A stretch of DNA of 63,046 nucleotides, counting the filler, from Chiloscyllium plagiosum (lineage: Eukaryota), in the NCBI RefSeq assembly GCF_004010195.1. It is 4 parts of one record of this genome, joined end to end, with 100 filler letters (N's around TTAATTAATTAA, not from the genome) between each part and the next. Parts side by side here need not be neighbours in the genome. Positions count along the whole stretch, not along the records: positions 20,452 to 44,974 come from NC_057710.1; 3 more parts are not named here. One strand, given 5' to 3'. The notes under the pieces are model-generated. The model saw only the letters and a list, made by a program, of their open reading frames with translations. It had not been told where the DNA came from and made no database searches. Positions 25,209-39,150 of the stretch are shown in pieces; within the stretch, counting starts at the first letter, position 1; each line of letters starts with the position of its first letter. A program made the position numbers and the translations under genes.

Positions 25209-27548
25209 CATTTCCAGTGATATCTGTAATAAATCTATAAGGGGTGGATCAAATGCATGAAGTTGCGCCCCAAAACATCTACATAGAAAACAGACATGAA
25301 AAAGATGAACTCTTATTCCAATATCTGCCTTGGCATTTAATTGAAATTACCAAATCATTTCCAGTTATTTTTAGTTCCTTGAATTAGAATGAAGCCAGAT
25401 ATCTTCCTAAGCTCTGTACACGTACAATGAACTGGTGAATCAAATGACATTTCAGAGGTAGAGGGCATTGTCTCTTTTTACTACAACATCCATTGCTTTA
25501 TTAATTTTACAGGTACATTTGAGCAGCTGCACTGTTAGCCTCCTTTTTAGTCATGACTCCATATGAGCAATGGGAAACTGATATTGAATGAACAAGAATT
25601 ACATTACAGAAATACGGCTTGCTTCTGATTGGTGACAGCCAAATAAAAACACCTTTAAATTGTGTACTTTAAATGTTCAACTGTTCATAAATATGCCTTC
25701 AAAAGAAAGCATGAAGTTTTCAGAATAAAATTGTTATCTGCTGCTCCAAGTGAGAAATTGTGAAGAAAATTCATCAAGGTTTGTTCTGGACATTATGTTT
25801 CAGAATCTGTTCCTGCCCATTTGTATTGAGACAAGCAACAGAAAAGCTGTCTGCTGCCTCCTCACCTCTGTGATTTCTGCTGGTTGGCTACACAGAAAAC
25901 AATGGGTCTAACAGTATGAGAGGCTGGTATATATTCCAGGCTGGCCTGCAGCTATTAAAGACAATTTGTCACTCTTAAAGGAGTTTGCTGATGGTGTCAA
26001 TGTTGCAAGTGAGAATGAAACACAAGGCCAGTAAAAGAGTGGGGATTTCATGATTAACAGATGGGGTGCTGACTGCCTCTGGAAATGGTGACAAAAACAT
26101 ACTGTGCCTTATTGCTACTCCACAGGCTCCCTATTTTGTGTGGCTGATTCCCTGGAGACAAAACTTCCATAACCAGCTGAACAGACTTGCTGGTCCTCCA
26201 TCTTGCAACAAAGACTCTCCACTGTTGCCCAAGTCTCCAGTGTCTCTCTTAATTTTCCAGTGTTCTCCTGCATTTTTCTGACTGACCTACCTTGACCCTT
26301 GACTTGCCTAAAGTTGCATGAGGGGATTCACTTGTACATGTATAGCAATATTAATGGTATTATGCTGTTGTTCCTTCAAATGAATGGCACATTTTGTACA
26401 AATAATTCTTTTCATGCCCCCTACTTTGTTTCATTGTCCACCCATTCCAACTCATAGCAGCCTTGGCCAAATCGTATTATAAGCTTTAATGAGGAAGAAA
26501 GGGTTTGAATGTGATAGTTAGCTGGTTGACTGTTGGAATGAATTGTACCATGAGAAGGTTGGCAGAGGGTTTCTGGCATCTTGAGGTATCAGGTGGCCTT
26601 ACAAAGACAGATTAAGGCACAAAGTTCTTTGCAAACTTCCCTGGAAGCCAGCTATAGGCACTAGGGGCACATTTATTTCCTCCACCTCATCTTCTCCTCA
26701 GAGAAATCTAGTTGTTTTGCACCGTGCTCTTCTTACAGCTTAACTCCTCTCTGCAGTGTGACCACAAGTGTTGTAAAGATGTTTCATGGAGCATAGTGAA
26801 GGGAACCTCCAGATCTCAAGGCACCTACAGTGCATCTTGAGCAAGATAATAACTTGTTCTATTTTTAAATAAGTGTATTTGTGTGAAAGTATTATCATTT
26901 TATCACATCTGTGCATATGTATATGCTATATGTATAGCCCTGTGTTTGCTATCGGTGAAGTACTCATGAGCTTTTAAACAAGTCTTGCTGCTCATGAGTA
27001 TAGCAATTAACTTTATAGCCATTTTCTAATAAACCCATTCAGAGGTACTATCACACGCCTCTGAAGTATGTGGGATTTGAATCTAGGGTAGAGACATTAC
27101 CACTGCATGATCAGACTCCTAGCAATTGACTTCATCAGAAAATCATTTCAGCTATACACAGCTGAAACTGGTTTCTGTGATGTGCAACTTGTCACGAGAA
27201 TGATGAGTTAGGCATGTCAATTATCACCACTAAAGATAGATAGTCGGGCAAAACTTGATACCTCATTGGAATAAGAAATTTAAAGTCAGATAAACAGACC
27301 AGGAATAGTGCAGAAATATATTTATAGTGCATTAACAATTTGAAAATGTTCATTTTATATCTAACAATTACTGATAAATCTCCTATAGCTTTATTGATAA
27401 ATTTGAGGAATTGATTGCCTTGAATGTTTTCAAGATTTTCAGCACATTAAAATAGTTAGGGCATAGGTCAGATTGCAGGAGCTTAAGTCATACAGGACTT
27501 AATTACGCTTTGCCTCTGCTCTTATGTAGGCCAAGCAATTAATATAGT

Positions 27549-27685
27549 GTAGTTGTGGGTATGTTCGCCAAGCTGTGAGTTTGGTTTGCAGTCATTTTGT
27601 CCCTGAAACGTTTGCAAACCAACTTCCCAGCTCGGCGAAAATAACTACAACACTGCAACTGGCACCCGAGCTACAAATCTTTACA
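27549..27685. mobile_element. Penelope fold-back mini-element (16785 family)
   Basis: gttcgccaagctg..tttgca / tgcaaac..cagctcggcgaa inverted arms; flanking aatatagt duplication. Confidence 0.75.
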
Positions 27686-28129
27686 TAAACCTTAAATATA
27701 GTATAGTCTCTATTTGCAATGGTGATGGATTCTACCTTGATGAGTCCTTACTACAAGTTGTGAATGTTGGTTGATTAGGTTAGTGCATCAGTCAGTTGGA
27801 ACTATAAAGTTATCCTGTAATTCCTGGCTACCTATGTAGAGGAAGCTACTACCAACAGTACTGTAGGGATGACTCCTCACTTGAGTGAATCCTCAACTAC
27901 TCTGAGTGACCTATTGAAACTCTTGCCACAAGTCCATCCCTATTGCTAGGTAGAACCAAAATGGCAACCCTTTTCCATTACTTGGAAGTTATAACTAACA
28001 GATTGTTAACTCTGACATAAATCAAATGAGCACAATGAAAAAAAAAGAACGTTATCATACATTAGCAGACAACTACAGCACAATTTAAGATGTCAGTCAA
28101 AGCAAATTCACACTCATTTTCCACTGATT

Positions 28130-28970
28130 TTTACACAAGTCATGTGCTGATTGGCTGAGGGATAAACAGATTCAGGGGTGGACACACTGCTGAAGGAGTG
28201 GTGCAGGAAAAAAGGCTTATATTTCACGGAACAGTGGCATCAGCATTGGGTCACCAAGCAACAGTACCCTTAAGATGTGCTCCATCTAAATTTAGCTGAG
28301 ACTAGAGTCCTAGCAGAAAGAATAAATTATGCATTCAAAAGACTATAAGCTACTAAATGATAGGAAAAGGCTCAGGTGAAAATGGTAATATAACTAATAT
28401 TTCTAAACAATTGAAAAGGAAGAAAAAAGATGAATATAAATTATGCCAGTCATATATTGGTAAACGGAAATCTAAAAGGTGGTTTTGGAAAAAATAACAT
28501 TAAAGCAGGAAGAGAAGAAGAATCATATCAGACTCAAAACATTAACTGTGTTTCTCACTCCACCAATGTTTTCAGATACGCAGAGTTTCTTCAGTTCTTT
28601 CTATATTTGATTTAAGCGTAAGGACTGCTTTTGCATGGCCAAAATAAACGAGAAGTTATGAGAATCTTTGGATAGAATGACTGCAAACTAATGAGGGAGA
28701 TCTGCAATGGATTTGTAAAAGGTAGACTTTGCCTGATGATCATGATTGAGTTGTTTTTTAAGTTTTGATTGAATTAGTTGACAAGGGAATGTTTATGGAT
28801 ATTCTTTATATGGACCGCTAGATGGTCCATTTTACACAAAATCATTCTAAGACTGCATTTTGAAGCTGATGGATCTGAGGGCCAATTAGTAACCTTGTTA
28901 GAAGCAAGCTGAGTTTCAGAAGGTGGACAGTCAGGAGATTTGACAGATAGTAACAGCAGCAGGATACAAT
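28130..28970 (+). mobile_element. Very old CR1 relic with an inserted Penelope pseudo-LTR piece (~28510-28615)
   Basis: ORF1-end and HGFVKGR-like phrases; gaagaagaatcatatcagactcaaaacattaactgtg. Confidence 0.5.
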
Positions 28971-30379
28971 TGATAATGTCCCAACTTTTCCACAAAAAAA
29001 GCGATTTTGGCATAGGGTTTTCAGTTGTGTTAACAAGTTAATTGGAATACGTTTTCTCTGATTTAGTGCGTTCATTGCCATTGTTTTTTCAATATTGATT
29101 TTATTTTGTTTGTCACAGTAAAATCTTGTTATATGATCCTTTGAGTTGGTCACTTGGGGCAATTCCTATCTGTTTTTCAAAGTTACCAATATTACAAAGA
29201 TCGTAACAAATTAGGGCTCTTGCAGAAAAGAAATCCAGAGTGAATGTACGGAAACTTGTCAGAGTTCCATTGAACAGCATTTCATATTTTTGCTGCATTT
29301 AATGTTGCATCTCCCTGGGGTAGTGCACAAGAAATCAAGTTCAAACGTTCCCAGTGTCAGAAAAGTTAAAAATTTTATAGAAGTACCCAAAACTCCCTGA
29401 TTTTCCTGTACTATCAATGAAGGTTGATAGGAAATAAAGACCATGTTTCTGTACTTAGCAAGAATTAACTGCTTATTACAGGCAAATTGAATGTAGCCAC
29501 AGTTAAACAATTATGAATCATTGACACTTAACTCAACGAGTTAAGACTTTACCAACAACAAACACAGAAGTTGCTGGAAAAGGTCTGACAGCATCCATGA
29601 AGAGAAATCAAAGTTAATATTTCAGGTCCAGTGACCCTTCTTCAGAAGTTTAGTTAAAGCTTTAATCCACTTATAAACTCACCCTTTTGTAGACAAACAC
29701 AGGCACTGACAAAGAGAAAATGTTGATTTTATAAATGGAAGGAATAACTGGGAAAGGAATTCAGTTGTCTCTGTTCACAGGATGTTTGAGATAGTTGTTG
29801 TGCTGATCAGAACACTGCATTCAATTTTTCTTGTCCAGATCTAGTCACTGGTTTATAGGCAACATGGAGTGGCTAGTTCACACTTATAAAACGTCTCTGT
29901 TTTATTGATTAAAAATCATAGCTCATAGCAACTGCTGAAGGTATGATAAACTGGTTTTACTGCAGAGAACAGAGGGAGCGCCTGAGCTGGTGAAGATCTC
30001 CTAGCTTCACCGCATTGTGTTTACAACCCCAGTGTGTTCATCAAGGGGTTAGGGAAGACAGTGGCAATATGGCATTAAGATCGAGAAACAGCCTTAATCA
30101 AATTCATTTGCAGAGCATGTTCAAAGGGCCCATTAGCCTACTCCTACTCTTACGTTTCTGACCCTATGCGATCCCCCAGTAATCCTTAGTTTTAATACAG
30201 TTCTTCTCCCTTTTCAGTCCATACAGAAAATACAGAATTTCTTTTTAAAGAGATAGAATCTTTAATGAAATCTTGACATTGTTATGTTCAAAATGTAAAT
30301 ATTTCTTGAAAGAGGCAATCAGACAATTAATGCCTTGCAACAGTTAACAAGGTTAATGTCTAGGCTCTGGCAGATAAAG

Positions 30380-30890
30380 TAGGAGGTAGCTTAAAAGCAA
30401 GGACTGAAAAGGAAAAAAAAATTGTTGAAGTATTCATGCAGCACTTAAACCTTGAGGAATTAAAGGGTAACCCTCCATTGCACTCAGATTGTGTTTTCTA
30501 TAATTCAGTTGTAAATGAAGCAACTAGAATGGGAAGAAATAGAGCAAGGCAGACATTTGAAATAAAAAGAGAAATGGAAGAAAACCTTGAACTCAACAGA
30601 TAAGAAAAAAAGAAAAAGAAAGGAAAATGTGAAAATTTTGAACCTGGATTGGAAAGAGCAAAATAATGGAAAATTCTTGGATCTCAGATGGGGAGAAAAT
30701 GAGAAACTGATTTCGACAATTCAGAAAGGAAATTTGAACAACAAAAAGGCTTCAATTATGTGAAAGGAGGTGACAGGAAAATTTTATAATGCCTCAGATT
30801 TAACTCCTGGTTCTGATTTGGTTTAGAATTTTTGATTGGTGTCTAAGTTGAATGAGGAGGCAGTTCTGATTTATTTTGAGTTGTGTGGGT
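30380..30890 (+). mobile_element. Gypsy-type gag 5' relic
   Basis: Purine-rich E/K/R coiled-coil-like tract ending in LVSKLNEEAVLIYFE, similar to the RLVPKFNEE..FE motif. Confidence 0.45.
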
Positions 30891-32420
30891 ACAATGACAT
30901 AGGTAGGACTAAGAAAAGGGTTTTTCTGAAGAGGGACGAGTGGTGAGGGCCTAAATTAAAGAACAGATCCATGAGGGTAAAATTCTCTGGAAAACTACTA
31001 AAGTTACAAGCAAACTGGCATTGGGTAAATAAAATTTGAAAATTCAATGTGTAGCTGAAAGATTGGTGAGGGGTAAATGGGTTTTGATTCATGGAACATT
31101 GACATCAGTATTGGAGAATTAAGTATTAACAACAGAAAGAATTTCCAGTTGGGAGCAATTTGTCAGTCCCTTAACAGCAGCTACATTGTATGACAGAATA
31201 TAAATCAAGAAGTTATTGGGTTTTGTAGAAACATAACGATAACTATGGGTGTTTTAAAATCTTTGTATAGATTGTATTCATCAAATGGCTCAAAGATGGA
31301 GCGAACATGAGTGCATTTCAGAGAATTTCTCATAGTAAGATGTCCTGAAATCAAAACACAAGCAGACTATTTTGACTTGGTAATGCATAATGAGACAAGA
31401 CCAGTTGACAGCCTTGTGGTAAAGGATTCTCTTAGTAAGCATGAGAGTGAGCATTGTGGGTCTGAAACTAGATCCTTAAATGTGAATAAAAGTACATTGG
31501 TATAAAGAGAGAATTACCAAATGGAAATGGAAAATGGGATAAAAGATAAGCTGGTACAGGGATGGTCATAGATACTTAAGAAGTCGCTTAAACTTCCAGA
31601 CATATTCCTTAGAAAACGTCTGACTCCCCCAGAGGGTTTTGTGGCTAACATTTGTTGCTAACTCAGGAAACTAAGGATGTTATCAAATTAAAATAAAAGG
31701 TATGTATTGCTATAAAGATTAATAGTAAGACAGAGATTGGTAAAAATTAGAATGTAGCAAATGATAACTGAAAAAAATAAGAAATTGGAAATGAGAGAAA
31801 ACTGACAAAAATGTCAAAGTAGATAGTAAAAGGAGCTTCTACAAGTATATAAAAAAGGCAAAGAAAATCTAAAGTGCAGGTTTATCCCTCAGAGATATGA
31901 TTGGAGAGTTAATGAGATGGCCAAGAAATTGACAGAGACTCTGAATAAGTGTTTTCTCCCTGTCTTTATAGGAGAAAGTTAAATATCACACAACACCAGG
32001 TTATAGATCAACAGGTTTATTTGGAAGTACAAGCTTTTGGAGCACTGCTCCTCTGTCAGGTAGCCTGTGGAATAGGATCATAGGACACCGAATTTATAAC
32101 AAAAAGGTCATGGTGTCATTCAACTGATGTAATAGATTAAACAAACCTAGATTGTTGTTAAATCTTTCATCATTTAGAATGGGTTCCAGAGTTCAAGTCA
32201 TTCATATGTAAATCCCAGAATCTCTTTCAAGTCACATTCCAGGAGAAGGCACATTGGCCAAACAAGTAATTGTAGAAAAGCAGACAACCAAAAGGAGGTA
32301 AGAGCTTAAACAATAATGTTCAGTAGACAAAAAGTATGAGGAAAATAAGTGGGACTCAAAACTGATGAGTGCCCTGAATCTACTAATTTGAATCTTTGTG
32401 CGTTAAACAAAGTGATTGAT
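30890..32420 (+). mobile_element. Old CR1 ORF1-end and ORF2 relic
   Basis: DLVMHNE..LVVKDSL, FYKYIK and KSPG-like motifs. Confidence 0.7.
31975..32250 (-). mobile_element. Penelope 3' end (61009 family)
   Basis: cacacaacaccaggttatag..aacaggttt..gcttttggagcactgctcct; degenerate hammerhead. Confidence 0.75.
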
Positions 32421-32536
32421 CCTAGACCAACCACAAAATTTATATTAGATCTGCAAGACAGTGATATTTGGTTTTAAAGCAGGCAAAGGTACATAGGAAA
32501 GCACCACAGCTACCAGTTTTCAGCCAATTCGATTTA

Positions 32537-32569
<33 letters not shown>

Positions 32570-32570
32570 A
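32537..32570. repeat. (CT)n(AT)n microsatellite
   Basis: Seen directly in the sequence. Confidence 0.95.
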
Positions 32571-32579
32571 ATATAAAAA

Positions 32580-33880
32580 CAGTTGGAGACACTGACACTG
32601 CAAAGGTTGTGGGTCCTGACAATATACTGAAGACTTGTGCTCCAGAACTTGACACACCCCTAGCCAAGCTGTTTCAGTACAGATATATCATTGGCAACTG
32701 ATAGACAATGTGGACAATTTTGCCATGTACACAAAAAGCAGGGCAAATCTAATGTGACCAATTACAACCCTATCAGTCTACTTTCAATCATCAGTAATGT
32801 GATGGAAGGTGGCATCAATAGAGCTATCAAGCAGCACTTGCTCAGCAATAACCTGCTCAGTGATGTCCAATTTGGGTTCTGCTAGACCACTCAGCTCCTG
32901 ACCTCACTAGCCTTGGTTCAAACATAGACAAAAAAGCTGAATTCCAGAGTGAGCTGAGAGAGACTGCCCTTGACATCAAGGTCACATTTGACTGAGTCCA
33001 GCATCAAGGAACCTGAGCAAAACTGGAATCAATGAAAATTGGGGTAACACTGGTTGGAGGTCAGTCATCTTCACTCCAGAATATCTTCACATGAGTTCTT
33101 CAGGGTTGTGTCCGAGGCCCATACATGTTCAGCTACTTCATCAATAACTTTATTATCAGAAGTGGGGATGTTTACTGATGACTGCACAATGTTCAGCATC
33201 CTTTATGACTCCTCAGACACTGAAACAATCCATATCCAAAGGCAACAAGGCTGGGCTGGCAAGACAAAAGTAACATAAATGCCACACAAATACTGGCAAT
33301 GACATTCAATGGTGATACCGTCACTGAATCCAACACTATCACCATCATGGGGGTTACCATTGACCAAGCACCGAAATTGACTTGTCACATAAATACAATG
33401 GCTAGAGTAGGTCAGAATCTCGGAATCCTGCAGCAAGTAACTGATCAGCTGTCCGTCATCTGCCAGGTACACATCAAGAGTGTGATGGAATGCCCTCCAT
33501 TTGGCTGAATGATGCAACTCCAACACTCAAGAGGTTTGATGCCATCCAGAATGAAACAGCCCGTTTGATTGGTACCACATCTGTTAGTATTGTTCCCTCT
33601 GTCACTGATGCTCAGTAGCAGCTGCATGTCTGTCTACAAGATGCAGAAATTCTTCAAGGCTCCTTACATTGCACCACCAAATTCACAAACACCTTCTGTC
33701 TATAATGACAAGCAGATTCATGGGAACACCGCTGTCTGCAAGTTCCCTTCACGCCACTCACCATCCACACTCCGAAATATATCCTTTTCCTTAAGTTCTG
33801 TTGGGTCAAAATCCTTAGAACCTCCCCCCAATAGCTTTGTGAGTATACCTAAAACACATTAACTGCAGCTGTTCAGGTGA
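32580..33880 (+). mobile_element. CR1/L2-group LINE RT 3' fragment
   Basis: GPDNILKTCAPELDTPLAKLFQY, NYNPISLLSIISNVMEG, QFGF, MFTDDCT. Confidence 0.88.
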
Positions 33881-34800
33881 CAAAGACATTTAACAGGGTG
33901 TTAGCAGCAGACACGCTGGGAAAGGAGCAATTCAAGCAATGTTACAGATGTGGAAATAGGCAGTCTTAGACTTAGGAAAAATCAGGTCATAAGATTTTCA
34001 TAGGATCAAATGTGGCACCAAAGTTAGGGAAAGGCTGATGCCAGGGAGAAGGAAGGAGTTGGTAATTAGGGAAAGACATTTGGAGAGGAGACTGAAAACA
34101 ATGGCTTTAGCCTTCCCAATATTTCATTGTAGGAAACGTTGCTTAAACAGTACTGGATGCTGGATAAGTGGTCTGATAATTTACCAATAGTGGAGGACTT
34201 GAGCAAGGTAGTGGGAGCCGATGTTGGTTATTATCAGTGTACTGGTGAAAATGAATTCTATACTTTTGGATGATATCTCTAAGGGGCAACATGTAGATGA
34301 GAACTAGGATGGGTCCATAGGAGCACCAAAGCTAAAACTGTGAGAGGAGGAAGGGAGTGATTCTGGTCATGATTGGGCTGGTAAGACTGAACCACGTGAG
34401 AGCAATCACATCCAATAGGATGAGAGTGGAGAGGTGTTCCGGGCAGACGTGTGGTTAAATGTATCAAGGCAGTCCAAGGAGCGTGAGAAGGGGAAGTTTA
34501 CCTTTGTTTCATTTACATTTGTGACTTTGTTTTGGCATTGCAGCAGAAGCAGAAACCTGATTGGAAAGATTTAAATGTGGAGTACTGAGAAGGATGGGCA
34601 TGGATTGGGGAAGTAACAACATATTCAAGGATCTTGGAAAGGAAAGGGAGTTTGGAGATGGCATGGTATATTGCAAGGCCAAAAAGGTCAAATTTTCCTT
34701 TTTCTTGAGGAGAAGGGTGAAGATAACAATTTTAAAGGAGAGAGAGAGAGACAATACTTGAGGATGGAAAAACCACTTACTTTATCTTCTAAAGTGGGAT
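33880..34800 (-). mobile_element. Old L2 LINE fragment
   Basis: Antisense of a YRPISNLPFLSK..QSGF-type region (ggaaaggaaagggagtttggagatggc; gcagaaacctgattg). Confidence 0.7.
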
Positions 34801-34919
34801 CAGGAGAAAAAAAAAGAGGATGATGAACAATTTAGTGGGAATCTGACAGGAAGCAACACTTTAAGCTCTATTTTGAAAGCATGATATTTCTATAATAAGA
34901 ATGCAACCATTGCATTATG

Positions 34920-35210
34920 GGTGGCACGGTGGCACAGTGGTTAGCACTGCTGCCTCACAGCGCCAGAGACCCGGGTTCAATTCCCACCTCAGGCGACTGA
35001 CTGTGTGGAGTTTGCACATTCTCCCCGTGTCTACATGGGTTTCCTCCGGGTGCTCTGGTTTCCTCCCACAGTACAAAACTGCGCAGGTTAGGTGAATTGG
35101 CCATACTAAATTGCCCGTAGTGTTAGGGGCGGGGGTAAATGTAGGGGAATGGGTCTGAGTGGGTTGCGCTTCGGCGGAAGGGCCTGTTTCCACACTGTAA
35201 GTAATCTAAT
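34920..35210 (+). mobile_element. HE1-type SINE (young)
   Basis: A/B boxes (tggcacagtgg, ggttcaattcc); same core as the 6541 copy. Confidence 0.92.
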
Positions 35211-35745
35211 AAAAAAAAAACTACCTGCATGCCACAAAAATAACCTGCACTACAAACTGAAAATAATCAGTGACCGTGATAATATTCTGGGAATTGAACT
35301 GGTACTACCCTTGGTGACAGCAATCATATCATGATTACAATAGTGGAGGACTCTCTCAAGTCCTCCACCAGAGCACAATAACACAAAGAATTACTGAACA
35401 ATAGAATGTTTAAAAAGCCAAGTTCATGGTAATAATGTAGGATTTAGGACTTTGAACTTCAGCAGGTATATGAACTGTTGCCTAACCTAGTTCTTAATAG
35501 GTGGAGTGATTTTTCTGTGGCGGCCAAATAAATTTTAACCCTTTGCAAATAAATTTTAACCCTTTGTATCCACGTTTTGGAATCTCTTCCTAAAATGCAT
35601 TACTGATTAATTGGACAAGCATTGGGGGGGAGGGCAAAAGGTTAAAAAAAAAACCCAAAAAGGTGAATCTACAACAAATGTGAAAAAAAGGCAAGCAGTC
35701 AGGGGAGAAAGAAGGGAGAGAATGAGAAACTGCTACCTCAAATAT

Positions 35746-36040
35746 GGCGGCACAGTGGCTCAGTGATTAGCACTGCTGTCTCACAGCACCAGGGTCCAGG
35801 TTCGATTCCGGCCTCGGGTGACTGGCTGTGTAGAGTTTGCACATTCTCGCCGTATCTGCGTGGGTTTCCTCTGGGTGCTCCGGTTTCCTCCCACAGTCCA
35901 AAGATGTGCAGGTCAAGTCAATTGGCCATGCTAAATTGCCCGTAATGTTAGGTGCATTAGTCAGAGGAAAATGGATCTGGGTGGGTTACTCTTCGGAGTT
36001 GGGCCGAAGCGCCTGTTTCCAAACTGTAGGGAATCTAATC
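35746..36040 (+). mobile_element. HE1-type SINE
   Basis: ggcggcacagtggctcagtg head, ggttcgattcc B-box, aatctaatc tail. Confidence 0.9.
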
Positions 36041-36329
36041 CATGACAGTATTTTCACACCATTTGAGTGCTAAAGGATTTAGCTCCCTTAAAGATACAAA
36101 TAAAAGTGAGAAAGCATTAAAATAATTAGAATAGTGGCTAATTACCTGCTGTCAGTAAAGAAAATTCTCATAGTATTACCCTGTCAAAAGAAGAATAATT
36201 TCATGTCACTTGAATGCAAATTGCATTAAATGAACAGACACATTTCTTTCCTTAAAATTTCCCTCTGTTTGCAGCTGATGAATAAGGAATTGAGATGGAG
36301 GATCACACAAAGAGGAGTTTGTCACTCAC

Positions 36330-36550
36330 TGCCGGAGAAAGAGGCTGTTTAGGCTGTAGCCTGCCTTCGTCTTCCTCTGCTTCTGTTTCCCCTTCTTGCT
36401 GATCCTCCCTGCCACATCCTCCTCTTCCTGGTGCTTCTGTTCAGCAACTCACTGAATAGGTGGTCACACTGGTTGTTCCCTCCAGTCCATAGAATTATGT
36501 TGCATAAGACCACAAATCACAAGATCTACTCAGTCATGTAATACCAAGCT
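36330..36550 (-). mobile_element. Possible Harbinger (HARBI1-like) transposase C-terminal relic
   Basis: ICGLMQHNSMDWREQP followed by acidic EGETEAEEDEGRLQPKQPLS; resembles a CCMLHN..RxQP..(E)n..RQPLS end. Confidence 0.45.
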
Positions 36551-36609
36551 CATCAGTGGGATTAAACAGTGAAATTATTGTTTCAGGTTACCAATGATAG
36601 CTTTCTTTG

Positions 36610-36890
36610 TTTTATTATTACATGGACTCTGTGTATCACTGGGTGAACGAGTATTTGGTTCCCATCATTAACTGCCCATGAGCTGAGTTTCTTTCTATTT
36701 CAGCAGGCATTTAAGTGCTGCACACATTATTGTGGATCTCAGGTCTCTGATAGGTCAGACCAAACAGGATGGCAAATTTTCCTTACCTTAAAGACGTAAG
36801 TAAACCAAATGGGCTTTAACAGCAATCACTGAAAGCTTTCAATTCCAGATTTTGTGAATTGAATTCAAAACCCATCATCTGCCATGTGGA
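36610..36890 (-). mobile_element. Old shark SINE (second family)
   Basis: Similar to 16110-16430 and 51050-51395. Confidence 0.65.
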
Positions 36891-39009
36891 TGGACACAGA
36901 CTTCTGGTCACAAAAATACCCCTTAACCATTACTCTCTGCTTCCTGCCACTCAGCCGACTCTAGATTCACTTGGATAAGCTTCATTGATGCCATGGGCTC
37001 TTACCTTTCTATCAGCCTACTGTGCAAGACCCTATCAAACGTATTGCTGAAGTGTATTGCATCAAATGCATTGCCTTCATTTACATGATCCGCCTGCTCT
37101 ACATACTTCAAGCTGATGTTAGGCACCTCTTTACCAATATGGCATTAGTAATCTTTGCATTTGTACCTCGTGAAGCATTTTAGAATTTTATGGAGCATCC
37201 AAAAATAGTTGCAATTGCATCCATTTTCACCTCATAACATGCAGCTATGTTTCGATCTCCTCAAATACAGTTACATCATGACTTGAAAGTAAAACACCTC
37301 CTTCAAACAAGAAACAGCCAACATTTTTCCATTGATTCCTCCATATTAGATTTTTCCCTTTACTCAGACAGTAAGAGTAAAAAATCTACTCCAAGTTATC
37401 ATTCATGGTAAGTTTATCCAAAACACAGTAAGATAAACCATTTATGTTCCAAGGGATAATTTAAACAATTTGCTTGTGATTACACATTACTTTTGAAATA
37501 CTATGCCATGACACATACAATTTACTATTTGATGATTGATTATTTCATATTTTAGTCAGAAAACACTGCACCTTGTAGATTATTCAGGTTTCACCAAATC
37601 AGCTTATGTTTCACAATGCGTATTGTCCCTCATGCATCTGATAATACATTAAAGTTAAGTAGAATAAAAATGAATCAAAAACCTAAGAAAAAGCAATTTA
37701 ATATTCTAGTCTTATCTGTATAGACTGATAGGTCTTCTTGGAACTAAATTACAGCATAAAAGTAACATGGTTGGTATTGATTCACCTTTATAGTTTGGAA
37801 ATTGCTCGTGACTTAATTTCCTGCACCATTGACAACCATGCGAGTGGGGACAATTGTTTTTAAGTTCCTGACCTCACACTTCCAGCCTGCTGAGTACAGT
37901 GATGAAAACTCCTGTGTACATATTTTACTCAGGCTGTACACTCCCACCACCTCCACCCACCCCACCACCATTATCAGTTCAAATAGGTTCATGAATATTA
38001 GTCAATGAAAGTGTGGAATTTTCCTGTTTTCATTACCACTCTTGCAGAGCACTAACCTGGCATTTCAAATGAGTCCTATAAGTAAGCCTAATTCCCGCAT
38101 GCGGGGAACTCAGATCAAAGTGTAACAATATAAAACTATTTAAATTATAAGAAATTAAGTGTTGTCATCACTTCCCATTTCAACAGTGATGTCAGACCCA
38201 AAGTCGTGGAACCTAGCAATGTGCCACCATGCAGGATGGGAATAGTTAATTTTGTGTGAATGTGATGTAGGTGATAGCAAGTTTTAATAACATTTGCTTC
38301 CACCTCTATCTCCCACTATTAGATAAAGTCAACATCACCCAAGTGAATGAAAAGCATTGCATTCAACAACTGAAGAGTCCTAGTGCTGTGTCATGTTCTT
38401 CAAGAAAACATTTTGCTGACCTTTGTGTAAAAATAATATTATCACTGATCCTCGATGTGACCATGATCTTTGACCTCTTGCTCCTTCTAAGTTAACACAG
38501 CAAGATCTTTAGTAGCAGTCAATTTGCAAGTATATGAAATGTGTTCTACCTTACTTAGTAGAACAGTGCCTTCTCCTGCTATCCTATTAATTAATCTGAT
38601 AGAATTCACGACACCCAATTCACTGAATTGTCACATTCACCAAAGTCCAGAGAGTACTTTACAATACCTTAGCAGTTGAAATGGCCCCTTGATTTCATGG
38701 CCCACACGTGGGTCTTTGGTTTGAGAGCTGTTGACCTTGATTCTGATCTTCTGGAGCGATTTCTCTGCTTATGTCTCATGGATATCCTTTCAATAGGTTA
38801 TTATTTCTTCTAAACTGTATAGTTGAACTATTATCCTACTGGGAGGACATTTAACCTACTGCATTGCCTTTGCCTTGGAACTCTTCTCTGCTAAATCAGG
38901 GAGTTGACCCATAACAGAGTGTGAGGGACTTTTAATTTCCTGAGTGTCTATTGTAGAAGATGGCTGCTCTGTTGAATCAACAACTTTCTTCTTTGTAGTA
39001 TCATGGAAT

Positions 39010-39150
39010 TTTACCCTATCTACGCCCTTCTTGATTTTATAAACTTCTGTAAGGTCACCTATCAACCTTTTACGTTCCAGTGAAAAAGTCCCAGCCTATC
39101 TAGCCTTTCTTTATAACTCAACCCTTCCATACCTAGCATTATCCTGGTAT
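39010..39150 (-). mobile_element. Short CR1 3' fragment
   Basis: GDLTEVYKIKKGVDRV. Confidence 0.8.

Noticed and set aside
34920..34990. tRNA genes
   Set aside because: The A/B boxes belong to SINE heads followed by SINE core and tail.
35343..35566. 10-bp stem hairpin and a 21-bp tandem duplication
   Set aside because: Small local features with no functional context.
36146..36180. 35-nt minus-strand exon-like segment (GNTMRIFFTDS), and a similar 7-nt one at 50780-50786
   Set aside because: Supported by splice-like motifs only; many such pairs are expected by chance in 63 kb.
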